This document shows, in pieces, positions 45,017 to 55,441 of a stretch of DNA of 64,000 bases (positions are counted from its first letter, which is position 1; each line of letters begins with the position of its first letter). The position numbers and the translations under genes were made by a program. The notes beneath the pieces are model-generated. The model saw nothing but the letters and a program-made list of their open reading frames with translations, did not search any database and was not told the origin of the DNA. This stretch comes from Candidatus Binatia bacterium (GTDB lineage: Bacteria > Desulfobacterota > Binatia > UBA9968 > JAJDTQ01), in assembly GCA_963666515.2 (NCBI GenBank), contig OY762897.2:2016001-2080000 (forward strand), written 5' to 3'.

Positions 45017-45671
45017 CCTCGATCTCGATGAGCTTGCCCAAGGCGGAGTAGCCTTCCACAAAAGAACACTCGGTGCTTTCCGCGGGCACCTTCGCAGCCT
45101 CGTGAAACGCCTGCCGTAGCGCCGTCGTATCTTCTTCCTGGTGGAGGAAGAACGACACCCGCACCACCTGTTCCCATGACGTCCCGGCGTGCTCCAGGGA
45201 ACCCCCGATCAGACCGCATATCTCGCTCACCTGCTGGGAAAGATTGCCGGTGGTGGACGTGACGCCGGAGAGAAAGACCCGTCCCTCCAGGTCGAGATAA
45301 CGCAACGGGACGATGGGCGGATCGTATTCCACGAGCTTCTTCTGACCGTCCGAGCGCATGGCAAGGAAATCCAGCGCCACGCTGGCGCCGGAGTCGAGGT
45401 GCCCGGGCGCGATGTAGCTGGAGCTGGACGAGCGGGCGCTCCCGCTCATGCGCCGGGAGCGGGCCTGGCTGCCCAGGTTGCGGCTCTCCCGGTCCCGCGC
45501 CCAGAGGCGCGTACGCACCGTGTCGTCGAGGGAGAGGCCCAGCCTGCCGATGGCCGCCTCGATGCGGTCGAGGATCCCGTCCACGCCCGCGTCGCCGGCA
45601 ACGCCCGCGGCGCCCTCGCAAGAGACCGCGACGCATTCGCGGCCAAGCCAGTCGAAGGATTTCATGCGCAT
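45000..45671 (-). CDS. RidA/YjgF-like protein (tandem domain)
   Basis: Two YjgF-like halves; VFLSG, LEHAGTSWEQVVRVSFFL, KLIEIEVTA. Confidence 0.72.
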   Translation of the reverse strand: MRMKSFDWLGRECVAVSCEGAAGVAGDAGVDGILDRIEAAIGRLGLSLDDTVRTRLWARDRESRNLGSQARSRRMSGSARSSSSSYIAPGHLDSGASVALDFLAMRSDGQKKLVEYDPPIVPLRYLDLEGRVFLSGVTSTTGNLSQQVSEICGLIGGSLEHAGTSWEQVVRVSFFLHQEEDTTALRQAFHEAAKVPAESTECSFVEGYSALGKLIEIEVTAQR

Positions 45672-46576
45672 GACGCGCCTCCCTTGGCATCCGCATCGAC
45701 GGGACAGGACGTGGCCGTCTCATCACAACACGCCGGAGCGTCGAAGAACGCCAGCGTCCGTATCTCGATGCTCTCCCGGCCCGGGGCGTCGGGAGGGCTC
45801 GTGGGATCGTCGAAGGAGGTGTGGGCGGTCCACCTCGCCCGTCCGTCCCTGGCGGAGTCGAAGGTCTTGAACACCACGGCCTCGTCCCGGGTCATGGCCG
45901 GGAAGTAGAACCAGCGGTGCTCCGGCCCGTACTTGATCTGGTAGGTCTCGCCGATCCGGCCCGGGTAGCTGCGCTGGGACGCGATCAACTCCTCTTTCCG
46001 CAGCGTGCGGGCATCGGCGATGGCCAGCGGGTTGGTGCGCACCGGGTCGTTGGTGGGCTGCCACACCTGGATGATGGCGAACCGCCCCTGGAGCAGCCGC
46101 TCGGCCTCGTCCGCCGGCAGGATGTCGCGCACCCGCTTGGGCCCGGACCAGTCGGTGTAGTCGTTGTGCACGGAGCGGTTGGGCTCCCGCACCTTGCGCT
46201 CGGCCCGAATGCCTTCGTCCTGAGCGCGTAGCGTGTGGTCGAAGATGACCACGCGGGAAGCGCCGCTCTCCTGCTTCACCAGCGCCTCGACCTCCGGGTA
46301 GTAGACCGAACGCAACTCGTCCTCGTCGTAGAAGTCCTTGACCCGGGTGTCGTGCCGGACGAACACGAACCCCTCGCGCTCCAGCGAGAACTCGTCCGCC
46401 GTGAGCCGCCCGTTGTGGATGGTGGCGCGGCGCGCCTCGTGCTTGCCGGTGCGCAGCACCGGCGTGCTGTTGATCTCGGCCGTGTGCGTGACCGGCTTGA
46501 CGCCCGTGTCCAACGCATAGTTGAGCACGGCTTCCACTGCATCGGGCGCGGCTTCGACCGCCTGGACTCCAGTCAT
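45662..46576 (-). CDS. CmcJ/NvfI/AsaB-family Fe(II)/2OG-type oxidoreductase
   Basis: FSLEREGF, YYPEVEAL, IFDHTLR, VHNDYT, PLAIADART, WFYFPAM, HTSFDDP, RESIEIR. Confidence 0.85.
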   Translation of the reverse strand: MTGVQAVEAAPDAVEAVLNYALDTGVKPVTHTAEINSTPVLRTGKHEARRATIHNGRLTADEFSLEREGFVFVRHDTRVKDFYDEDELRSVYYPEVEALVKQESGASRVVIFDHTLRAQDEGIRAERKVREPNRSVHNDYTDWSGPKRVRDILPADEAERLLQGRFAIIQVWQPTNDPVRTNPLAIADARTLRKEELIASQRSYPGRIGETYQIKYGPEHRWFYFPAMTRDEAVVFKTFDSARDGRARWTAHTSFDDPTSPPDAPGRESIEIRTLAFFDAPACCDETATSCPVDADAKGGASCA

Positions 46577-46695
46577 CGTGTACCTCCCGCGAACTGCCTG
46601 TATCTGTTTAGTCTCTTCAGCACGGATGGTATCAGCCCAAGGACCGTTCAACAATATCGACCGGCGGGTCGAATGCCCGCGGCTGCTCCGTGTCA

Positions 46696-46723
46696 TTGAC
46701 ATGGACGCGGCCCATTGGATAAT
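46696..46723 (+). promoter_or_regulatory. Putative sigma70 promoter of the plus-strand catabolic operon
   Basis: TTGACA (46696-46701), 16 nt spacer, GATAAT (46718-46723). Confidence 0.55.
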
Positions 46724-46746
46724 TTTCAGCCAGGAAGGAGCTGACA

Positions 46747-47901
46747 ATGGGACGTGAGTACAACGTCATTTCAGCCGACGGCCACATCGACCTGAACCCC
46801 GACATATGGCGCCACCGGGTGGCCTCGTCCATGCGCGAGCGCGCGCCCAAACGGGTCAAGATGCCCAACGGCTCGGATGCGGTGGTGGTGGACAACGGCG
46901 AGCCCAACACCATCGGCGTCACCCGCAGCGTCCGCGTCAACAAGGAGGACATGGCCAAGCAGGTGCCCACCTTCGAGACCTGCGCCGGCACCGGGCCGCC
47001 AGAGCAGCGCCTCGAAGAGCAGGACAAGGACGGCATCGACGCGGAGGTGGTGTTCTCGCAGATATCCTTCGTGCTGGAGCAGGCCAGGGACCGCGAGCTA
47101 TACTGCGAGCTGGTACGGGCCTACAACGAGTTCCTGGCCGAGGAGTACATGGCGCCGGCGCCGGACCGCATCATCCCCATGGGCGTCATCCCCGTCAGCG
47201 GCCTCGACGACGCGGTGCGGGAGATGGAGCATTGCGCCCGGCTGGGCCTCAAGGGGATCAAGCTCGACAGGTTTCCCAGCGGCCGGGGCTACCCCACGGC
47301 CGAGGACGACCGCTTCTGGGCCGCGGCGCTGGAGCTGGGCGTCGCCCTCACCAACCACAACACCGGCAACATGGGCTCCGGCAAGGACGAGCCCGCGTTC
47401 ACCTACCAGCGCAGGCCCGGCCCCGACGTGCACGTGAAGGAGCCCATGAACTACTTCTTCCGTTTCACCAACCCCGCCATGGTGGGCGCGGTGCAGATGG
47501 CCTTTGCCGGGGTGTGGGACCGTTTCCCCACGCTCAAGATGTACTGGGCCGAGACCATGATCGGCTGGTTCGAGTACGGCCTGTGGCAGCTCGACGACCA
47601 CTACCAGCGCTACATGCCCATGATCCACGAGTTCTGGGGCCTTCACTACCTGGACAGGAAGCCCAGCGAGTACCTGCGGGAAAACAACTACTGGGGCTTC
47701 CTGCACGACCCCATCGGCATCAAGCGGCGCGAGTGCATCGGCTACGACAAGCTCATGTGGGGCACGGACTTCGCCCACGCCGCCAGCGAGTACCCCAACT
47801 CCATCCCGGTGATGGAGGATGACTTCAAGGACGTGCCGGCCCACGAGCGGCGGGCGATGCTGGTGGACAACTGCGTGAAGTATTTCGGATTGGACGCATG
47901 A
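46747..47901 (+). CDS. Amidohydrolase_2 family (metal-dependent decarboxylase/hydratase)
   Basis: ISADGH, DKDGIDAEV, RAYNEFLAE, DRFP.LK.YWAE, LMWGTDFAH. Confidence 0.88.
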   Translation: MGREYNVISADGHIDLNPDIWRHRVASSMRERAPKRVKMPNGSDAVVVDNGEPNTIGVTRSVRVNKEDMAKQVPTFETCAGTGPPEQRLEEQDKDGIDAEVVFSQISFVLEQARDRELYCELVRAYNEFLAEEYMAPAPDRIIPMGVIPVSGLDDAVREMEHCARLGLKGIKLDRFPSGRGYPTAEDDRFWAAALELGVALTNHNTGNMGSGKDEPAFTYQRRPGPDVHVKEPMNYFFRFTNPAMVGAVQMAFAGVWDRFPTLKMYWAETMIGWFEYGLWQLDDHYQRYMPMIHEFWGLHYLDRKPSEYLRENNYWGFLHDPIGIKRRECIGYDKLMWGTDFAHAASEYPNSIPVMEDDFKDVPAHERRAMLVDNCVKYFGLDA

Positions 47902-48932
47902 ACGACGTCGGCACCACCCACGAGGACCTGGAAAAGTACCTTGCTGCCCACCACATGGTGGGAGCGGGGCTGCGGCGCGAAGGCATGGCGCCGCCGCGCA
48001 CGGGCGTCACCGGCGCCCACTGGCGTTGGGAGGGGATCTACAAGGGGCTCATGCGCTCCGGCGAGATCGTCACCGTGGGGCCCGACGGCATGACCGGCAT
48101 GCGCTCGGTCACCGGCATCGAGGCCACCCGCTTCCCCATCTGGATGAACGTGCAGATTCTCATGCCCGGCGAGCGCACCCAGGGGCACCGCAACACGCGG
48201 AGCGAGACGCGGCTGGTGTGCGAGGCGCCCAAGGAGGCCGCGTTCGTGTGCGAGCACGAGGCGTTCCCCATGGAGCGGGGGGACGTCATCATCAGCCCGT
48301 CGTGGACCTACCACGACCACTGGAACCAGGGCTCCACCCCGGCGCTCTACGTGGACGGCTACGACAACGGCTACAACGGCGGGGTGAACCTGAACGAGCG
48401 GCTGCCGGTGGACAACCCATACCAGGAAATACGGAAGCCCGATGGCTACGGCGTGCGCACCCGCGGCCTCGCGCGCCCCATGGCAGCGGGGCGGCCCTTT
48501 CCGCTGCCGCCCATGCGCTATCCCTGGGCCGAGACCCGCGCCGCCCTGAGCGCCATGCAGGAGGCGGGCGAGGAAGACCCCTGCGAGGGCGTGCACCTGA
48601 TGCTGGCGAGCCCGGTGGACGGCGGCCCCACGCTGCCCACCATCGCCTGGCACGCGCAGCTCCTGCGCGCCGGGCAGACCACCCTCAGCCACCGGCACAA
48701 CAGCAACACCTTCTACCACGCGTTCGAGGGCGCCGGCGCCGTGGTCATCGAGGGCGAGCGGCTGGAGTGGCGCCAAGGGGACATCTTCGCGGTGCCGGCG
48801 TGGACGTGGCACCATCACGAGAACGGCCACGAGGGAGAGTCGATCCTGTTCTCCATCGACGACTGGCCGGCGCAGACCAAGCTCGGTTTCTACACGAAGG
48901 AGACCGCGGCCGCGGACCGCCAGGACGGCTAG
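47898..48932 (+). CDS. Gentisate 1,2-dioxygenase-like bicupin
   Basis: HWRW, LMPGERTQGHRNT, GDVIISPSWTYHDH, HRHNSNTFYH, VPAWTWHHH; ATGA overlap with upstream gene. Confidence 0.85.
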   Translation: MNDVGTTHEDLEKYLAAHHMVGAGLRREGMAPPRTGVTGAHWRWEGIYKGLMRSGEIVTVGPDGMTGMRSVTGIEATRFPIWMNVQILMPGERTQGHRNTRSETRLVCEAPKEAAFVCEHEAFPMERGDVIISPSWTYHDHWNQGSTPALYVDGYDNGYNGGVNLNERLPVDNPYQEIRKPDGYGVRTRGLARPMAAGRPFPLPPMRYPWAETRAALSAMQEAGEEDPCEGVHLMLASPVDGGPTLPTIAWHAQLLRAGQTTLSHRHNSNTFYHAFEGAGAVVIEGERLEWRQGDIFAVPAWTWHHHENGHEGESILFSIDDWPAQTKLGFYTKETAAADRQDG

Positions 48933-49028
48933 CGGCCCGTACACGTTTCGGGCAAGGCGCGAAGACCCATGCGGGCAGGCTTGAAGACGATGGGGGCGCG
49001 GCGCGAGACCAGATAGGGAGACGGATCC

Positions 49029-49982
49029 ATGGCGAACCCCAAGCTCCGACTCGGTTTCAGGGAACCCGAGGTGGACACCAACCGGCCCCTGCTCGACGGC
49101 ACCGTCCAGGTGGAAGGCTTCGATCTCGAAACGAGCGACTTCCACGGCCCCGATACCATCGACGCCTGGGACGCCAGCTTCGGCGGCCTCATGCGCACCA
49201 AGGGCAAGGGCGACCACCCTTACGTCTCGATCCCGGCCTACCCCAACCGCAAGTTCCGGCTCGCCTACATCTTCGTGAACAACGCCTCGGGCATCGAGAC
49301 TCCCAAGGACCTGGAGGGGAAGCGCGTGTTCGTGAGCAGCACCGCGGGGGTGTGGGCGCGGGGAGCGCTGCAGAACCACTACGGCGTGGACCTGACGCGC
49401 GTCCGCTGGTGCATGCCCCACCCCGAGGCCGAGAGCTGGGGCGAGGGCATCCAGGTGGAGCCCTTGCCGCACATCTCCGGGCCGGAGGGCGAGCCGCTGG
49501 ACGAACTGCTGCTTTCGAACGAAGTGGACGCGGTCATCGAGCCCAACGTGCTGCCGTCCATCAGCCGCCGGGACCCGCGGGTGCGGCGCCTGTTCCGCGA
49601 TTACAAGAACGAGGAGTTGAACTACTACAAGGCCACCGGCATCTTTCCCATCAGCCACATGGTGACCCTCAAGCAGGACTTCGTGGACCGGTACCCGCAC
49701 GCGCCGGTGGCACTCCTGAAGGCGTACCGGCGGGCGCGCGACGTGGCCATGGACCGGCTCTACGGCGCCGATCCCGAAATCCTCATCACTTCGTGGGTGG
49801 CCGCGGCCATCGACGAGCAGCGGGAGGTCATGGGCGAGAACTACTGGTCCTACAACATCGCGGACAACGTCACCTCGCTGGAAGCCATGATGACGTTCGC
49901 GCACCAGTTCGGCCTGACCAAAGAGAAGCTCGACTACGAGAGCTTCTTTCACCCGGAGGCAGCGGCGCTGGAAGGCGTGTAG
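49029..49982 (+). CDS. 4,5-dihydroxyphthalate decarboxylase-like protein
   Basis: RPLLDGTVQVEG, IPAYPNRKFR, TAGVWARG, YYKATGIFPISHMV. Confidence 0.82.
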   Translation: MANPKLRLGFREPEVDTNRPLLDGTVQVEGFDLETSDFHGPDTIDAWDASFGGLMRTKGKGDHPYVSIPAYPNRKFRLAYIFVNNASGIETPKDLEGKRVFVSSTAGVWARGALQNHYGVDLTRVRWCMPHPEAESWGEGIQVEPLPHISGPEGEPLDELLLSNEVDAVIEPNVLPSISRRDPRVRRLFRDYKNEELNYYKATGIFPISHMVTLKQDFVDRYPHAPVALLKAYRRARDVAMDRLYGADPEILITSWVAAAIDEQREVMGENYWSYNIADNVTSLEAMMTFAHQFGLTKEKLDYESFFHPEAAALEGV

Positions 49983-49998
49983 CCCAAAGGAGACGAAC

Positions 49999-51054
49999 AT
50001 GAGTGAAGCCGTCAACACCGACGATCCGCGGCTCGAGGAGCTGCACCGCATCATGGCCGAGAACTCTCTGGCGGGGCACTGGCAGCCGCGCCAGCCTTCA
50101 CCGGAGCTGCGGGCGCACCTGTGGCGCTGGCCGGTGATCTACTCCTGCCTCATGGAGTCGGGCGAGGTGGTGAAGCTGGGGCACATCGACGAAGCGGCCA
50201 AGCGCCGCACCGTGCAACTGGTGAACCCCGGTCTCACCGCGTTCAAGTCCACCACCCGCACCATCCAGATGTCCGTGCAACTCGTGAAGCCGGGGGAGCG
50301 CGCCGAGTGCCACCGGCACACGGCCGCGGCCCTGCGCTTCGTGGTGGAGGGCGACGGCGCCGGCTACACCACGGTGGAGGGCGAGGAGATGCACATGGAG
50401 CCCGGCGACCTGGTGCTGACGCCGAGCTGGACCTGGCACGACCACTACAACCAGGGCGAGAACAACATCGTGTGGCTGGACGTCCTGGACGTGCACCTGA
50501 TGAACCACCTGGACGCCAACTTCCACGAGAACTACGGCGAGGGACCGGCCCAACCGGTCACCAAGTCCGAGGGCTACAGCCGCCACCGCCTCGGCGCAGT
50601 GCGACCGCTCACCGAGAGCCCCGGCAACCGCGCCCTGCCCTACACCTACAAGTGGAGCGACACGCTGCCCGTGCTGGAGCAACTGGCGGAATCCGCGGAC
50701 GGTGACGCCCACGACGGCGTGCTGCTGCAATACGCCAACCCGGTCACCGGCGGCCCCACCATGCCCACCATCGACTGCCGGGTGCAGTTGCTGCGCCCCG
50801 GCGAAGAGACCCGGCCTCACCGCCACACCAGCAGCACCATCTACCACGTGATGCAGGGCGCCGGCACGACCACGGCTGACCGGGACAGGAACAACGGCAA
50901 CCCCATGGCCTGGACCGAGCAGGACTGCTTCGTGGTTCCATCGTGGCACTGGCACCACTTCCGCAACGACTCCCAAACGGAACCCGCGATCCTGTTCTCG
51001 GTCACCGACCGACCGGTGCTGGAGAGCCTGAACCTGTACAGCGAGGAGGACTAG
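49999..51054 (+). CDS. Gentisate 1,2-dioxygenase-like bicupin
   Basis: LWRW, RRTVQLVNPG, AECHRHTAAALRF, GDLVLTPSWTWHDH, WLDVLD, HRHTSSTIYHV. Confidence 0.9.
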   Translation: MSEAVNTDDPRLEELHRIMAENSLAGHWQPRQPSPELRAHLWRWPVIYSCLMESGEVVKLGHIDEAAKRRTVQLVNPGLTAFKSTTRTIQMSVQLVKPGERAECHRHTAAALRFVVEGDGAGYTTVEGEEMHMEPGDLVLTPSWTWHDHYNQGENNIVWLDVLDVHLMNHLDANFHENYGEGPAQPVTKSEGYSRHRLGAVRPLTESPGNRALPYTYKWSDTLPVLEQLAESADGDAHDGVLLQYANPVTGGPTMPTIDCRVQLLRPGEETRPHRHTSSTIYHVMQGAGTTTADRDRNNGNPMAWTEQDCFVVPSWHWHHFRNDSQTEPAILFSVTDRPVLESLNLYSEED

Positions 51055-51096
51055 GGCGACCGCGGGTCGCCCCTACATGGGGTTCATCGCTGGCGC
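51051..51096 (-). repeat. GTAG-type REP with conserved flank (family B)
   Basis: Reverse complement GCGCCAGCGATGAACCCCATGTAGGGGCGACCCGCGGTCGCCCTAG, near-identical to 38291-38337; overlaps the cupin stop codon. Confidence 0.88.
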
Positions 51097-51132
51097 GTAT
51101 GACAACCCTCGGATCCGCCACGGTCACCCTCC

Positions 51133-52620
51133 ATGCTTGACGCCATAGCGCAAGCCAGCCTCCAGATCCTCGACCCGGTGCACCTCTTCATGCTGTTCGC
51201 CGGGACCTTCCTCGGGCTCATGCTCGGGGTCATCCCCGGCATCGGCGGGGTCACCGGGCTGGCGCTGCTGCTGCCCTTCACCTTCGACATGGACGCGGTC
51301 TCCGCCTTCGCCTTCATCATCGGCATGCTGGCGGTGACCACCACCTCCGACACCATCCCCTCGGTGCTGTTCGCCGTGCCCGGCACGGTGGGCTCCCAGG
51401 CCACCATCATCGACGGACACGCCATGGCCAAGCGCGGCGAGGCCGGCCGCGCCTTCGGCGCCGCGTTCACCGTGTCCGCCCTGGGCGGCATCTTCGGCGC
51501 CCTGGTGCTGACGCTCTCCATCCCCGTCCTGAGCCCGCTGGTGCTGACCTTCGGCTCGCCGGAGTTCTTCATGATGGCGGTGCTGGGGGTGTGCATGGTG
51601 GCGAGCCTCAGCGGCTCGGCGCTGATGAAGGGCGTCATCGCCGGCGGCTCCGGACTGCTGCTGGCCACCGTGGGCACCGACCCGATCCTGAGCGTCGAGC
51701 GGTGGACCTTCGACCAAGTCTACCTGTGGGACGGCTTCCACGTCGTGCCCATCTCCCTGGGCCTGTTCGGCCTGGCCGAAATCACCGACCTGCTGGTCTC
51801 CGGCAAGAGCATCGACTCCGGCGCCCTGGGCCGGCTCAAGGGGCGCTGGGAGGGCGTGCGCGACGCCTTCAGGCACTGGTGGCTGGTGATCCGCTCCGCC
51901 ACCCTGGGGGTGTGGATCGGCATCATCCCCGGCCTCGGCACCCTGGTGGTGGACTGGTTCGCCTACGGCCACGCCCTGCACACCGAGAAGAACGCCGACA
52001 ACTTCGGCAAGGGCGACGTGCGCGGCGTCATCGCCCCCGAGAGCGCCAACAACGCCAAGGACGGCGGCGGACTGATCCCGACCCTGGCGTTCGGCATCCC
52101 CGGCAGCACCAGCATGGCGCTGTTCCTGGGCGCCATGGAGATCCAGGGCCTGACCCCCGGCCCCGAGATGCTCGACCAGAACCTCGACGTGATCTTCACC
52201 ATCGCCTGGAGCCTGGCCCTGGCCAACATCATCGGCACCGGCACCTGCTTCCTGTTCACTAACCACCTGGCGCGCATCGCCACCATCCGCGCCCAGCTCC
52301 TGGCGCCGGCGCTGCTGGTGATCATGTTCCTGGGCGCGTTCATGGCGCGGCGCCACATCGCCGACATCATCCTGTTCCTGTTCTTCGGCCTGCTGGGCTG
52401 GACCATGAAGCGGCAGGGCTGGCCGCGCCCGCCCCTCATCATCGGCTTCGTGCTCGGCTCCACCGTGGAGAAGTACCTCTACATCTCGATCCTGACCTAC
52501 GGCTGGGCCTGGATGTCGCGGCCCTGGGTCATCGTGCTGGCGCTCCTGATCGTGGCCGCCCTGGCCGGGCCGGCGATCCAGCAGTACCGCAACCGGACCG
52601 CCGCGGCCGCGAACCCCTGA
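51133..52620 (+). CDS. tctA: Tripartite tricarboxylate transporter large membrane subunit
   Basis: GVIPGIGG, LLLPFT, PGT...ATIIDG..MAKRGEAGRA, APESANNA, LIPTLAFGIPGS. Confidence 0.93.
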   Translation: MLDAIAQASLQILDPVHLFMLFAGTFLGLMLGVIPGIGGVTGLALLLPFTFDMDAVSAFAFIIGMLAVTTTSDTIPSVLFAVPGTVGSQATIIDGHAMAKRGEAGRAFGAAFTVSALGGIFGALVLTLSIPVLSPLVLTFGSPEFFMMAVLGVCMVASLSGSALMKGVIAGGSGLLLATVGTDPILSVERWTFDQVYLWDGFHVVPISLGLFGLAEITDLLVSGKSIDSGALGRLKGRWEGVRDAFRHWWLVIRSATLGVWIGIIPGLGTLVVDWFAYGHALHTEKNADNFGKGDVRGVIAPESANNAKDGGGLIPTLAFGIPGSTSMALFLGAMEIQGLTPGPEMLDQNLDVIFTIAWSLALANIIGTGTCFLFTNHLARIATIRAQLLAPALLVIMFLGAFMARRHIADIILFLFFGLLGWTMKRQGWPRPPLIIGFVLGSTVEKYLYISILTYGWAWMSRPWVIVLALLIVAALAGPAIQQYRNRTAAAANP

Positions 52621-52624
52621 CGCG

Positions 52625-53128
52625 ATGCAAAAGGCCGTCTCCCTGCTGTTCGACGCCTTCTTCCTGGTGCTGCTGGCCGCCGCGGTAGTCACGGCTTGGC
52701 AGTGGCCCTTCGCCACCAGCCTGTTTCCGCTGACTATCGCCATTCCGGTGCTGCTGGTGGCCGCCGCGCAGTTCGCCAAGGACGCGTTCTTCAGGGGTGC
52801 CGCGGACGAGGACGGCGAGCCGCGCGAACGCATCCGCGACATCGAGGTGGACCGCTCCGTGCCCGTGCACCTCGTGGTGCGAAGGGCCGGGACCTTCTAC
52901 CTGTGCGCGCTCGGTTTTCTCGCCGTCATCCTGCTCATCGGTTTCAAGCTGTCGGTGCCCTTGTTCATGCTGTTCTACTTCCGGCGCTTCAGCCGCGCGG
53001 GGTGGGCGGTGACGCTGATCCTGACGGGGTTGTTGACCGGGCTGGTGCTCGGCCTGTTCGACGCCGTCCTGCACGTAGCATGGCCGGACAACCTGCTCGA
53101 CTATCTCCTCGATCGGCGGGAGATGTAG
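52625..53128 (+). CDS. tctB: Tripartite tricarboxylate transporter small membrane subunit
   Basis: Several TM helices, FP motif, IGF, located between tctA and tctC. Confidence 0.8.
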   Translation: MQKAVSLLFDAFFLVLLAAAVVTAWQWPFATSLFPLTIAIPVLLVAAAQFAKDAFFRGAADEDGEPRERIRDIEVDRSVPVHLVVRRAGTFYLCALGFLAVILLIGFKLSVPLFMLFYFRRFSRAGWAVTLILTGLLTGLVLGLFDAVLHVAWPDNLLDYLLDRREM

Positions 53129-53237
53129 GGACCAGAGCTGACAATTGACATTGCCGGCGGCACGCGTGTACGAAAGAACGAATCGCATCACACCAGCGCC
53201 ACGGAAACCAGCGAGGTTACGATCCAGGAGGGTTCCC

Positions 53238-54227
53238 ATGAATACCGGCATGACTCGGATATCCCTGATCTTGGCGGGCGTCGTGTTGTTCGCCGCCCAG
53301 GCGAGCGCGGCGGACAACGCCGCGGACTTCTACAAGGGCAAGCGCATGACCATGCTGGTGCAGTACTCACCCGGCGGCACCTTCGACATCCGCGCGCGCT
53401 GGATGGCGCGGCACCTGCCAGGGGTCACCGGCGCCAAGGCCATCGTGCGGAACCTGCCGGGCGGCGGCGGCGTCGCCGGCTACAACCGGCTGTTCCGGCT
53501 TCGGGGGGACGGCCTGACGCTCCTCACCGCGCACACCAAGCTGGTGGCCTTCGACCTCTTCAAGCAGAAAGGGGTCAAGTACGACTTCGACAAGTTCGGC
53601 TACCTGGGACGGGTGATTCGCACCAACACCGCGTTGCTGGTGCGCAAGGACCTGCCGTCGGACATCGAAGGACTGCGCAAGCTCAAGCGCATCCGCATCG
53701 GCGCCTCATCCCCCTTCAACGAGGGAATGATCGCCGAGATGTTCGGCCTGCCCGTCACCATCGTGCCCGGCTACGGCGGCTCCTCGGAGCGGATGGCGGC
53801 CATCGCGCGCGGAGAGCTGGACGCCACCACCGCGGCGGTGTCCACCGGCCTGAGATTCAAGGACCGGGTCAACATCGCGTTCGCCTACGTCAAGGACAAG
53901 CGCGCCCCCGACGTGCCGTCGCTGGCGGAGCTGGACGCCAAGGAACCATGGCGCAGTTACGCCCTGTCGTTTACCGACATCTTCGGCACGGTGGTCACTT
54001 CCCCCGGCGTGTCCGAGGCCAAGCAGAAGTACCTGAGCGCCGCGCTCAAGAAGATCACGGGACTGGAGAAGGCGCAGAAGGAGGCCGCGAAGATGAAGCT
54101 CGTGGTGGAATGGACGGGTCCGGAGGAACTCAGGAAGACGCTGAAGCCGTTCATGGCGCTCAACGCCGAGACCACCCAGCAGCTCAAGAACGTCATCGAG
54201 CGCAAGTACGTGGGCAAGTTGAAGTAG
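53238..54227 (+). CDS. tctC: Tripartite tricarboxylate transporter substrate-binding protein (Bug/TctC)
   Basis: Signal peptide, FYKGK, YSPGGTFD, NLPGGGG, DGLTL, VPGYGG, RGELD. Confidence 0.88.
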   Translation: MNTGMTRISLILAGVVLFAAQASAADNAADFYKGKRMTMLVQYSPGGTFDIRARWMARHLPGVTGAKAIVRNLPGGGGVAGYNRLFRLRGDGLTLLTAHTKLVAFDLFKQKGVKYDFDKFGYLGRVIRTNTALLVRKDLPSDIEGLRKLKRIRIGASSPFNEGMIAEMFGLPVTIVPGYGGSSERMAAIARGELDATTAAVSTGLRFKDRVNIAFAYVKDKRAPDVPSLAELDAKEPWRSYALSFTDIFGTVVTSPGVSEAKQKYLSAALKKITGLEKAQKEAAKMKLVVEWTGPEELRKTLKPFMALNAETTQQLKNVIERKYVGKLK

Positions 54228-54256
54228 GGACGGCTTCCACAGGACGGAGCAAACCC

Positions 54257-55441
54257 ATGGAGATCAAGTTCGGACTGATCAGCGCCGACTCCCATTGCGG
54301 CTTCGACCGCGACGCCTTCACCTCGCGCATGTCCGCGGCCAGGTGGGGCGAGCGCATCCCGCAGGTGAGGGAGGTGGAGGAAGACGGCCGGAAGGTGGAC
54401 CGCTGGTGCGTCTACGGCAAGCCCCGGGGCGACAACGTGGGCAACTGCCCGGCGCTCATGGGCGACCCCTTCCCCACCTACCCGCAGCACTGGGACGAGG
54501 TGCCGGCGCTGGGCTACGACCCGGCGGAGCGGCTCAAGGCGCTGGACGCCGACGGCATCGACGCCGAGGTGCTGTTTCCCAATCCCCCGGGCGGCACCTT
54601 CTACGAGTGCGGCGACCCGACGTTCGAGCTGGACGTGGTGCGCGCCTACAACGACTCGCTGGCGGAATGGACCACGGTCAGCGACCGCTACTATCCCGTC
54701 AGCATCATCCCTTATCTCAGCGATCCCCCGACCATCCGGCGCGAGATCGAGCGCGCCACCGAGGCCGGGCACCGGGGCATCAACCTTCAGGGCGAGACGC
54801 CGGGCGAGTTGCCCCACCTCACCGATCCCTACTGGGACCCGGTGTGGGACGCGTGCCAGAGCCTGGACGTGCCGGTGCACTTCCACGGCTCCTGCGGCCT
54901 GTCCGCGGGCCGGTCCACGCGCTTCTGGAGCGGCTACTCCCCGCGGCAGGGCCACTCGGCCATGACCGCCACCTCGGCGACCACGCCGGCGCAGATCATT
55001 CCGCACCTGGTCTTCAGCGGCATCACCGAACGCTTCCCGCGCCTCAAGTTCGTGTTCGCCGAGGCGGGCATCGGCGGCCTCAACTACGTGCTGGCCGCCT
55101 GCGACCACGAGTGGGAAACGCGCCACCTCTGGACCGAGGGGCTGAGCACGCGTCCGAGCGAGGCGGTGCGGCGGCAGATGTTCACCAACTTCTGGTTCGA
55201 GAACGAAGGCATCAAGCTGCGCCACGACATCGGCATCGACAACCTCATGTGGGAATCGGACTTCCCGCACGTGACCGCCTTCTACCCGCGCTCCTGGGAG
55301 GCGGTGGAAGACGTGCTCCAGGGAGTCTCCGCGGAAGACCGCCGCAAGCTGCTCTACGAGAACGCCGTGCGCGTCTACCGCATGGACGCGGTGCTGAGCG
55401 TGGCGGAACGCGGCGCGGAACCCGCGGAAGCGCGCGCATGA
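54257..55441 (+). CDS. Amidohydrolase_2 family protein
   Basis: ISADSH, DADGIDAEVLFP, RAYND, PVHFH, FAEAG, MWESDFPH. Confidence 0.9.
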   Translation: MEIKFGLISADSHCGFDRDAFTSRMSAARWGERIPQVREVEEDGRKVDRWCVYGKPRGDNVGNCPALMGDPFPTYPQHWDEVPALGYDPAERLKALDADGIDAEVLFPNPPGGTFYECGDPTFELDVVRAYNDSLAEWTTVSDRYYPVSIIPYLSDPPTIRREIERATEAGHRGINLQGETPGELPHLTDPYWDPVWDACQSLDVPVHFHGSCGLSAGRSTRFWSGYSPRQGHSAMTATSATTPAQIIPHLVFSGITERFPRLKFVFAEAGIGGLNYVLAACDHEWETRHLWTEGLSTRPSEAVRRQMFTNFWFENEGIKLRHDIGIDNLMWESDFPHVTAFYPRSWEAVEDVLQGVSAEDRRKLLYENAVRVYRMDAVLSVAERGAEPAEARA

